A program made the position numbers and the translations under genes. This document shows, piece by piece, positions 1 through 7,113 of a DNA stretch of 39,837 nucleotides; positions within the stretch are counted from its first letter, which is position 1; each line of letters starts with the position of its first letter. The stretch is from the IMG/VR virus record IMGVR_UViG_3300048838_000710, positions 1 through 39,837 of that record. One strand, 5' to 3'. The notes below the pieces were generated by a model that was not told the DNA's origin, ran no database searches, and worked only from the letters and a program-made list of their open reading frames with translations. This DNA comes from a virus (lineage: Duplodnaviria > Caudoviricetes).

Positions 1-28
1 TAGCGCCGCCGCATCCGGCCGATCGCGG

Positions 29-58
29 TTGCACCCGCCCCGCCGATTGTGATAAAAT
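29..58 (+). promoter_or_regulatory. Host sigma70-type promoter of the tRNA
   Basis: TTGCAC (29-34), 18-nt spacer, extended -10 TGA-TAAAAT (50-58), about 20 nt upstream of the tRNA. Confidence 0.6.
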
Positions 59-78
59 TCGCGACGCGTTCGGCACAA

Positions 79-150
79 GGCCCTGTAGCTCAACGGCAGA
101 GCAGTTGACTCTTAATCAATTGGTTGAACGTTCAAATCGTTCCAGGGTCA
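79..150 (+). tRNA. tRNA-Lys (anticodon CTT), reconstituted at attL; CCA not encoded
   Basis: Cloverleaf: acceptor GGCCCTG/CAGGGTC plus discriminator A, D arm GCTC/GAGC, anticodon arm TTGA-CTCTTAA-TCAA, T arm GAACG-TTCAAAT-CGTTC. Confidence 0.96.
109..150 (+). repeat. attL (18-bp identity core CTCTTAATCAATTGGTTG at 109-126, then tRNA 3' end)
   Basis: Repeated at 39712-39753 with 4 substitutions, all in the T stem. Confidence 0.93.
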
Positions 151-164
151 TAGCAGTAAATAGA

Positions 165-196
165 GGAAACCAGAGTGTAGAGGCTCTGGTTTTTCC
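165..196 (+). terminator. Intrinsic terminator after the tRNA
   Basis: AAACCAGAG ... CTCTGGTTT stem followed by a T run. Confidence 0.75.
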
Positions 197-234
197 GTTT
201 TAGAGTCATTCTGTCTTTTAAAAAATCATTGTTT

Positions 235-254
235 GTTTGCTTATCGTTTGCGTT
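235..254 (+). promoter_or_regulatory. Probable integrase arm-type binding sites (left pair)
   Basis: GTTTGCTTA (235-243) and GTTTGCGTT (246-254) with an 11-bp period; a matching pair lies at 39597-39616. Confidence 0.65.
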
Positions 255-269
255 TAAGGGTGGTCTTAA

Positions 270-698
270 ATGAAACAGTGCAACCACTGCAAAGAAATTA
301 AATCAGATGAGGAGTTTGCTTGGCGTTATAAACGACTAGGGATTCGCTCCCCCACTTGCCGATCTTGCAAGGCTGGATTCGACCAAAGGTACTATCAAGG
401 TCGGTCCGAGGAACATAGCAAAAAGGTCTGGGAACAAAAGAAATCAAGACGTGAAGTGGCAAGGGAATTTGTCTGGAGTTACCTAGCAAAACATCCTTGT
501 ATTGAATGTGGTGAAGCTGATCCGATTTTACTTGAGTTTGACCACATCAAAGGAAAGAAGAAATACAATGTCTCTCAAATGGTTGGGCAAGGGTTTTCGT
601 TGAAGGCGATACAAGCAGAGATTGATAAGTGTCAGGTTTTGTGTGTAGCTTGTCACAGGAGAAAGACCTATGAGGACAACAACTGGTTTAGGGGTTAG
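270..698 (+). CDS. HNH endonuclease with N-terminal zinc finger
   Basis: CxxC pairs; CIECGE...LEFDH...CQVLCVACHRRKT HNH signature. Confidence 0.85.
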   Translation: MKQCNHCKEIKSDEEFAWRYKRLGIRSPTCRSCKAGFDQRYYQGRSEEHSKKVWEQKKSRREVAREFVWSYLAKHPCIECGEADPILLEFDHIKGKKKYNVSQMVGQGFSLKAIQAEIDKCQVLCVACHRRKTYEDNNWFRG

Positions 699-978
699 AC
701 AGCTCCTTTACTGATTCTTCGTATTCGGATTTACCGATCATTTTTCTTACATTCCCCTCGATTCTAAAATACTCTCTGCGCTTAATCTTGATATGCGAAA
801 TGTGCGGGATAGAGATTGCGAAGTCGTCAAAGAAGACCAGTCCTCGATTACCTGCTGTGCTTGCTTCGCGAAGTATCGCTACCTGTTTAGGTGTAAGCGA
901 AAACTTCTCGTTTCCCACACTTACTTCCCATTCTTCATCTGACCCCACGCGCGTCGATTGCTCGTTTTGAGTTGGCAT
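688..978 (-). CDS. Hypothetical protein downstream of the replication initiator
   Basis: 96-aa ORF with AGGAGG SD; overlaps the end of the initiator gene. Confidence 0.65.
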   Translation of the reverse strand: MPTQNEQSTRVGSDEEWEVSVGNEKFSLTPKQVAILREASTAGNRGLVFFDDFAISIPHISHIKIKRREYFRIEGNVRKMIGKSEYEESVKELSNP

Positions 979-1636
979 ATGAACCCTCCTTTCTAAGCTT
1001 GATAGCGTCAGTCTTCACCCAGTTTCTAAGAGTCGCTAGCCAGTTAAGCTTTCGGTTGCGTTGGGGATTCTCCTCGTGCCAATTCACCATGTCATCATAC
1101 TTACTACGAACAAACGCCACTGGAACGTCGTAGTTGGTTGCTATGCGAGAGAAGTCTTTTTCGTCCAGACTTTTAATTGAAGCGTATCCCTTAGAGAGTG
1201 TATTAGTCTTCTTAAGTGTATTAGTCTTCTTAGTGTGCAGCTCCTGCACATGGATGGTGTCGTCATTTGCACATGGATAGTCACCATGTGCATCTCTTGC
1301 ACTTGGGTAATCTTTCCATACTGTTTTGTCCAATAAGGTATATATATTCCGCAACCATTCGCCTTTGGAATTTCGCTCTCTCTCGACCAGTATGATATTC
1401 CAGTCTTCGAGAACCTTGATCTTATCGATAACAGTTCTACGGCTCATTCCGGTTTCTTTGGCAATTAGGGTCTGGGCGGGGAACGCTGTTTGAGAGTTAT
1501 CAGCATGACGGCATAGTGAAAGATACACGGCAGTTGCGTGAACTCCGAGTTTTCTGGCATAACCGTTGAGGTAGATATTGTCTACTATGAAGTAGCCTTT
1601 ATTACGCTTGTCCCGCACTTTTGAGGGTCGTTGCAT
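935..1636 (-). CDS. Phage replication initiator (N-terminal winged HTH)
   Basis: AVYLSLCRHAD...AFPAQTLIAKETGMSRRTVIDKIKVLE HTH, low-complexity linker carrying DNA repeats, C-terminal NWLATLRNWV motif typical of phage replisome organisers. Confidence 0.8.
   Translation of the reverse strand: MQRPSKVRDKRNKGYFIVDNIYLNGYARKLGVHATAVYLSLCRHADNSQTAFPAQTLIAKETGMSRRTVIDKIKVLEDWNIILVERERNSKGEWLRNIYTLLDKTVWKDYPSARDAHGDYPCANDDTIHVQELHTKKTNTLKKTNTLSKGYASIKSLDEKDFSRIATNYDVPVAFVRSKYDDMVNWHEENPQRNRKLNWLATLRNWVKTDAIKLRKEGSYANSKRAIDARGVR
1197..1307. repeat. Iteron-like repeats inside the initiator gene (probable replication origin)
   Basis: AGTGTATTAGTCTTCTTA twice in tandem (1197-1232); TGCACATGGAT at 1245 and 1268, inverted copy at 1284-1292, variant at 1298. 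Confidence 0.65.
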
Positions 1637-1686
1637 ACTTCAAATTGACATATTAAATGCGGTTTGTCAACAACTAATTTAATCCC

Positions 1687-1911
1687 GCTTCGGAGGGGAC
1701 CACGGGCAGATGTGGCCTAGGGTCTGTTACACCTTATGGATTCGCAGACCACCCTTCCGAGCCGATATTAAAAACTCAAGTGGTGTGTACCACCCCGCCT
1801 GATGGGGTTTCCCTGTTCCAAGTCACCCGCCGATGAGACTCGTTGCAAAAGCCTTCAGGACTCTGTCGCTTGGACGACCATTAGGGGTTTTGTGCCATCT
1901 AGGTACACACC
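1687..1911 (-). ncRNA. Candidate structured RNA(s) upstream of the initiator gene (strand inferred from neighbours)
   Basis: Three-way-junction-like fold at 1687-1762 and a nested rod at 1782-1911 closed by a perfect 10-bp stem GGTGTGTACC/GGTACACACC. Confidence 0.45.
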
Positions 1912-2009
1912 CTTCAATTTTCAAACATTCTAAGCTCTTAATGTACTACCCTAGTACTCCCCATCATTCGGAGCGTTTTGATGCCCTTTTAGAGCACATA
2001 CCATACAAA

Positions 2010-2333
2010 TTACCCCATCAGGCTCACGAGCATACTCTTTCCGCCCCTCCATCTTTTAGGGTTGTAATCTTCAAAGTATCTGAAACATCTCTTAACTTCT
2101 GTCTCGGTGAAGTGTATCTTCTCGCTTTTGAAGAAGTCTACTACTTGGGAAAGAATCACATAATCACCCAGTGAGCCGAACGTGGGCATGACACGAACAT
2201 GCTTGTAAGCCCCATAGAGAGTTAGCTTATCGCCACGTCTCTTGTTGATCCCGTTTCGGCTGTGTAACGTTTTCTGAATCCAATCAGCATCAACGTAATC
2301 GAATTTGGGATCAGGTATTGATAGTTTCTTCAT
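2010..2333 (-). CDS. Hypothetical basic protein (probable start ATG 2333)
   Basis: ORF with its own promoter and leader hairpin; no motif recognised. Confidence 0.6.
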   Translation of the reverse strand: MKKLSIPDPKFDYVDADWIQKTLHSRNGINKRRGDKLTLYGAYKHVRVMPTFGSLGDYVILSQVVDFFKSEKIHFTETEVKRCFRYFEDYNPKRWRGGKSMLVSLMG

Positions 2334-2338
2334 GCCAT

Positions 2339-2412
2339 TAAAAAAGAGCAACCGCTGTCCAAACCAGTTGCTCTTTGTAATATTCTACCAGTAAGGACAG
2401 GCAATATGTCAA
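2339..2412 (-). promoter_or_regulatory. Promoter followed immediately by a terminator-like leader hairpin
   Basis: TTGACA (2412-2407), TGG-TAGAAT (2390-2382), then GAGCAAC...GTTGCTC stem with a T run ending just before the ATG. Confidence 0.6.
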
Positions 2413-2436
2413 GTTAGCATTTTCAAAATCACCCTG

Positions 2437-2802
2437 TCAAGTACCAATTATTGCTCGCTCCCAGACATCGGGATCGTACAGATTTCGCTCAACTAACTCG
2501 CCTTCCATTTCAACGTATGCGGGGGAGTCATAATAGTACTTCGGCGATATTCGCTCCTGTGCTCTCTCAACTAACTTTGTCAGATACACCCCTGCCATGA
2601 TCTGACGTTCCTTTGGCGAGCTATCAAATTGCCAACTCTCAATCGGAAACGGTGGCATTTCTTCAATGGTGATATCACGATCCAGCATGAAGAATCTGCC
2701 CTCTCTCTCCTCAGCACAAACATTAACACAAGCCCCTGTACCTGCGTTTATGCACATATCCCGACACCAAGTAGGTGGTTGATAGGTTTTTAGTGTTTCC
2801 AT
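2437..2802 (-). CDS. Hypothetical protein with N-terminal Cys cluster, last gene of the relaxase/ATPase operon
   Basis: CRDMC...CVNVC; starts 3 nt after the ATPase stop. Confidence 0.7.
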   Translation of the reverse strand: METLKTYQPPTWCRDMCINAGTGACVNVCAEEREGRFFMLDRDITIEEMPPFPIESWQFDSSPKERQIMAGVYLTKLVERAQERISPKYYYDSPAYVEMEGELVERNLYDPDVWERAIIGT

Positions 2803-2805
2803 AGG

Positions 2806-4320
2806 TTAGGGTTTCACTGTCCTTCGAGTTGGCGGGTTCTTTAAATCACGGGCATTAATGACCCTCAGTGCTTCCTTGACATGAACCGCACGACCATTCT
2901 TTAAAAGCTGTTCCTTTAGCTCGACCAACTGGAATACATCGAGATCAGCCCGATTCACAAACTGCGTTTCATCGACGTAGGCTATGAAGCCTTCCTTGTC
3001 CTGTTCGTTTAGGTAGCGTCTCATTAACATTCGTCGCTTACCTAAGTTCTGAATCCAGTTTGCACGCAAGAGCGACTGTCCTTGATCTGGTTCGGCCGTT
3101 GGATTAGCTCCCTCTCTTGGGGCATCAAACTTTACAGTTTGGTCGATGTACTTAAATAGTTGCCTTGCAAGCATCAGAGCATCGTCAAGGTTGTCCATTT
3201 GAAAGGTGACGAGATTCCCAAGATTCCAATACTGTTTGATTAGCGTGTCCTCCAGTTGCCAGAATGCCTGAATGATCACAACAGGCATCAATTTCCTTGA
3301 GCGGAAATAGGTTGACACTTGACCGAGGGCTTTCGCCATTCCCTTAATCTCAAAGAGTTTGTACACCTCATCGATGATAAGGAGCACTGGTTTGTCATTC
3401 GGATTGTGTGGGATTCTTTGATTGACCACTGCCCGAAGGGAAGCAAACTCATCCCAAAACACCCATGCCTGAGCCGTCTCTTGGTTGCCCAGCTTCTCCC
3501 CACTTACAAGGTAAATTAGTCCCTTGTCGATGATCTCGCGGTAGGTGATGCCAGGTCGAGCGTGACCGTATCTTGCCCTCAATGGTTCGGTTTCAATCAC
3601 CTGTAGTGCAGTTACTAATGACCCCATCCTTGCCTCTCGACTCGCTTGGTTATGAGGCCGTAGCACTTCAATCTCCAAATACCACTTGGCACTAGGGGCT
3701 TTCTCCCCAAACTTGTCTACGACTCGCTCTAGTAGTCCACCTTCCCCAACATCTACAAGTAGCCTCTTGGCTTCGGTTAGTTGCCATGTCTCGCCTACGT
3801 CATCGACTATCTCGCTTATGAGACGAAACAACTCTGGTGAAGTGGCTTTTATTGCAGTTGCCATTGTTGGGTTTCGTTCCATCTTGTCGGCGTTTAATTC
3901 TTCCAAGATCCCCTTAGCCTTCTGCACCAGCTCCTCTTTAGGCAGTCCGTAGTCAGCATGAAACAGGGGTTTTGGAACAACCCAATTTGGATGTCCCGGC
4001 ATGTCAAGAACTACCCTACGGCGTATCGCTTCCCGATCCTCTGGTGGCAGTCCTTCCATAATAAGTAGGAACTCGTTTGTAAGAGCACCTGAAGCGTCGT
4101 AGACAACTGCCGGCCGCAGTGGATACTCCCTAACATACTTCATGAGCATGTTGGCGGTTGTGATGGTTTTACCTGTACCAGGATTCCCTGAAATTCCTAA
4201 GCCCCGTGTCAAAGAGTCGTAGAACATATCCTCGCTAGAGGTTTCTTTGACATCGGGAAAATCGGGATGATTAGGACCTTTCCTGCCGAATAGAAACGTC
4301 AATGTTTTCCAGTCAAGCAT
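2806..4320 (-). CDS. VirD4/TraD-like type IV coupling-protein ATPase (FtsK-HerA superfamily)
   Basis: Walker A GNPGTGKT, VVYDASG, Walker B LLIIDEVY, RSRKL...IIQ arginine-finger/sensor region; probable start ATG 4320. Confidence 0.78.
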   Translation of the reverse strand: MLDWKTLTFLFGRKGPNHPDFPDVKETSSEDMFYDSLTRGLGISGNPGTGKTITTANMLMKYVREYPLRPAVVYDASGALTNEFLLIMEGLPPEDREAIRRRVVLDMPGHPNWVVPKPLFHADYGLPKEELVQKAKGILEELNADKMERNPTMATAIKATSPELFRLISEIVDDVGETWQLTEAKRLLVDVGEGGLLERVVDKFGEKAPSAKWYLEIEVLRPHNQASREARMGSLVTALQVIETEPLRARYGHARPGITYREIIDKGLIYLVSGEKLGNQETAQAWVFWDEFASLRAVVNQRIPHNPNDKPVLLIIDEVYKLFEIKGMAKALGQVSTYFRSRKLMPVVIIQAFWQLEDTLIKQYWNLGNLVTFQMDNLDDALMLARQLFKYIDQTVKFDAPREGANPTAEPDQGQSLLRANWIQNLGKRRMLMRRYLNEQDKEGFIAYVDETQFVNRADLDVFQLVELKEQLLKNGRAVHVKEALRVINARDLKNPPTRRTVKP

Positions 4321-4973
4321 ACTTTTTCTCCTCTCCATGTGTAAATGGCACTACTTAATTGCTCGCCCAACGGGACGCTATAGAAAAGCCTCTCGGTCGT
4401 GAAATAGAAGTTGTTTAGATCAAACCTGCTCGCCAGTCTATCCACTGCATCATCCGATCCATCGATCACTACAATCACATACGGCTCTGCCTTCCATTCC
4501 TTTCTAAACCGATCGAGGTTCTCCCTGTACATCTGAAGTTTTTTATCGATGAGCTTTGCGCGTCTGAAGTTGTCGGCCGTTGAATACTCAAACAGTAGAA
4601 TCACCCCATCACCGCCGTTGTAATGCACACCAAACTCTGGAACTGGCTTATACTTCGCTGCTCGGAAATACCGCTCGCTTACATATTCGCCGACTTTTGA
4701 TCTATGAAATCTTCCCAGTGCTTCACTGCATTTCAAGCCGTGTAGGATGGTGTGATCACTTATCCCTCTTGTACCTTTTAGTGAATATGCGAGTGCGTGT
4801 CCTACCTGCTGTGTCTTGAGCTTCCTATTTCGCACCAGATAGGGCAGATTACGCTCCATAGCTACCCACCTACCTTTAGCACTCATCACCCGCATAAAAT
4901 CCCTCGCGTAAGCCCAATGAAACAAATACGCCCAATTTAAAATCTGTTCCCTAACAACTGTATAGTTTTCCAT
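4299..4973 (-). CDS. Replication-relaxation / MOBC-like relaxase candidate (wHTH + PD-(D/E)xK-like fold)
   Basis: N-terminal wHTH-like region, LHGLKCSE, PEFGV...LLFEYST...IDKKLQMY resembling the PD...ExD...KL..Y pattern; overlaps the ATPase gene. Confidence 0.6.
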   Translation of the reverse strand: MENYTVVREQILNWAYLFHWAYARDFMRVMSAKGRWVAMERNLPYLVRNRKLKTQQVGHALAYSLKGTRGISDHTILHGLKCSEALGRFHRSKVGEYVSERYFRAAKYKPVPEFGVHYNGGDGVILLFEYSTADNFRRAKLIDKKLQMYRENLDRFRKEWKAEPYVIVVIDGSDDAVDRLASRFDLNNFYFTTERLFYSVPLGEQLSSAIYTWRGEKVCLTGKH

Positions 4974-5032
4974 TTAGAGTAAAGATAGGTGGAGAACCGA
5001 TTTCACCATCTTCGATTCTCCATCATAACATT

Positions 5033-5353
5033 TCAGATCAACAGGAAGTTGAGGAGCCAGCGCCACAGGAACACCGTCAGATGAGCTAGGATGATCCAGC
5101 CCATGAAGACCGAGAGCCATGCTAGGAATGCGTAGATTGAAAGTAGCTCTGGTTCGTAGGCTGACAGTCCATCCCGTTCGGTAATGGTTCGTTTGGTCCA
5201 CTCTAGTGCCATCTTCTCGCATTCCTCGTTGACCCCTTTAGTAAAGAATCTCAGACACATTCCGCTACTGACAAACATCGCCCAAATCATCATGGCGATA
5301 TATGGCGATGCCATCCGAAAGATTGTGATAAACCGACTAAGCCACGCTCTCAT
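5033..5353 (-). CDS. Small integral membrane protein (2 hydrophobic segments)
   Basis: Hydrophobic stretches at both ends; AGGAGG SD before ATG 5353. Confidence 0.75.
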   Translation of the reverse strand: MRAWLSRFITIFRMASPYIAMMIWAMFVSSGMCLRFFTKGVNEECEKMALEWTKRTITERDGLSAYEPELLSIYAFLAWLSVFMGWIILAHLTVFLWRWLLNFLLI

Positions 5354-5361
5354 ATTGCCTC

Positions 5362-5811
5362 CTATAGCCACTCACATATTGATACCCAACTGTCATCAGC
5401 GAGGATGACAATGAGCTTTGGATCTCCGCTCAAGACTGCCACTGTCAATGCCCCTGCCACGACTGCTAAGCCTTGCAGTACCCCGATAGTTGCTCTGCCA
5501 ACAACCTCTGCGACATGTCGCCAGTCGATCTCGTTACTCTTGATCTCCTCAGCGATCACTATCTGCTTTATTGCAAAGTGTGATCCGACCAGTGCTAGTC
5601 GCCTATGGGCTTCTTTGGGCATTTTGAACGTGTCGGGCATTTCACCCACATCCCGATAAACAAATGTCTCATCGGCAAATGCCTCTGTGACCACCCCCCG
5701 ATACATGGGGATTTTCTTGAAAGTACACCCCACCGATTCGCCAAACTCAATCAGCTCATCGTCATAGTGGCGTGCCGTTTCCATCAATACAACTTCTTCT
5801 AACCAGTTCAT
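5362..5811 (-). CDS. Hypothetical protein with C-terminal hydrophobic segment; first gene of the relaxase operon
   Basis: AAGGAG SD; IGVLQGLAVVAGALTVAVL segment followed by GDPKLIVIL. Confidence 0.75.
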   Translation of the reverse strand: MNWLEEVVLMETARHYDDELIEFGESVGCTFKKIPMYRGVVTEAFADETFVYRDVGEMPDTFKMPKEAHRRLALVGSHFAIKQIVIAEEIKSNEIDWRHVAEVVGRATIGVLQGLAVVAGALTVAVLSGDPKLIVILADDSWVSICEWL

Positions 5812-5840
5812 TTGCGTTCTCCTTGACTAAGTTTTAAAAT

Positions 5841-5871
5841 GTGCTACTTCCTACAGCCGGAACAGTAGCAC
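5841..5871. promoter_or_regulatory. Inverted repeat in divergent intergenic region (operator or oriT candidate)
   Basis: GTGCTACT (5841-5848) / AGTAGCAC (5864-5871), perfect 8-bp arms with inner TCC/GGA. Confidence 0.5.
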
Positions 5872-5886
5872 TGTAATCGGATTTAC

Positions 5887-7113
5887 GTGTTTACAGATCG
5901 TGTAAGGTTTTTCCTTCAGGAGGGTCTGTTGAGCGCCGAAGAAATTAAATCCCGCTTAAATTTCCTAACGCCCGATCAGTTAGAGGTACTTCGTGCGTGT
6001 TGCGAACACCCCAAACACTCAGACAAGGCACTGTCTAACGACACGAAAGGCGGTCTTGGATACCTTACGTGGAGTTCTGGACAGGTAAGGAACTTGAGGC
6101 GTGAGGGTTTATCGACCTTAATGCCATTTACTCTGTCTGATGTCTGTCCCTACATTCTCGGTACAGCCGTAGACGAACCACAACAAGAACCCGAACCACC
6201 ACCAGAGCGAATACAGCCGACACCAATAGTTATCGAGCGAGTTGATCCTGAGATTGAGATCGAACAACTGAAAGAGGATGAAAAACACATTACGCCCCCA
6301 CCCGACAGACCTAATCGGGTTCTGCCTGCGTTATTGGGCTTAGTGCTACTACTTGGATTTGTCGGCTGGGCAATAAACACTCTTGGGGATAGACCACCGA
6401 CCGAAATAGTTGAGGTAACTAGGATTTCCGAAGTAACGAGAGTAGTCGATAACGTTATCGTGCAAACGGTTGCTCCAGAAATTATCGAGCAAACAAGAAT
6501 AGTTGAAGTTGTTGAGGAAGTGCCGATTCTACAGACCGTCATTGCGGTTCAAACAGTCGTGCAAGAAGTACCTGTTACTGTTGAAGTAACACCTATTCCA
6601 ACTCCTGAACCCACTCCGATTGATCGCAGTGTCTATGAGGAGAATTTCGATGATGGTGAGATTGACGAGGCATTTGAGGTTTCGGGTAATCCGACTATCG
6701 TTGGTGGCGTACTAAACCCAACTAATAACGGTAGCATGACCTTGAATATTGGTGATGAAACTTGGCAAAACTACTCCATTGAATATGACTTTGGATCAAG
6801 GTGTGCTGGCAATCACCGAGATCAATTCTTGAAAGTGAGAGTGAAGGATAGCCAAAATTATCTCGTCTACATTTACACTTGTGCGGGTGGAGAATGGTAT
6901 GCGGTTGTAAATGGTCAAGAGTTCGAAATCCCGGACACAACTGTTAGGGCTGATGGTCATGCAACAGTTGAAGTGATCGGCAACCAAATCCGACAAACGG
7001 GAACGAACGGCGATGTAATTGAGTTTGTGAATACAACTTCCGATTTGGGACCAATATCGTTGTCAATAAGTAACGGCAATTTAGACAACCTCGTCATCAC
7101 TCGCCTTGACTAG
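5887..7113 (+). CDS. Membrane-anchored protein: HTH-like N terminus, Pro-rich linker, one TM helix, V/E/T-rich stalk, extracellular beta-sandwich domain
   Basis: LTPDQLEVL...SSGQVRNLRREGL resembles sigma-4/LuxR HTH; VLPALLGLVLLLGFVGWAI TM; VEVTR repeats; YEENFDDG...WQNYSIEYDF jelly-roll-like C terminus. Start uncertain. Confidence 0.7.
   Translation: MFTDRVRFFLQEGLLSAEEIKSRLNFLTPDQLEVLRACCEHPKHSDKALSNDTKGGLGYLTWSSGQVRNLRREGLSTLMPFTLSDVCPYILGTAVDEPQQEPEPPPERIQPTPIVIERVDPEIEIEQLKEDEKHITPPPDRPNRVLPALLGLVLLLGFVGWAINTLGDRPPTEIVEVTRISEVTRVVDNVIVQTVAPEIIEQTRIVEVVEEVPILQTVIAVQTVVQEVPVTVEVTPIPTPEPTPIDRSVYEENFDDGEIDEAFEVSGNPTIVGGVLNPTNNGSMTLNIGDETWQNYSIEYDFGSRCAGNHRDQFLKVRVKDSQNYLVYIYTCAGGEWYAVVNGQEFEIPDTTVRADGHATVEVIGNQIRQTGTNGDVIEFVNTTSDLGPISLSISNGNLDNLVITRLD

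Noticed and set aside
1197-1232. Tandem repeat as a mini CRISPR array
   Set aside because: Two adjacent 18-bp copies with no spacer, inside a CDS, and no cas genes.
1795-1860. Possible hammerhead ribozyme (CTGATG / CCGATGAG words)
   Set aside because: No correctly placed GAAA and cleavage triplet on either strand.
1833-2174. 113-aa plus-strand ORF
   Set aside because: Overlaps a better-supported minus-strand gene and the structured region; no SD or recognisable motif.
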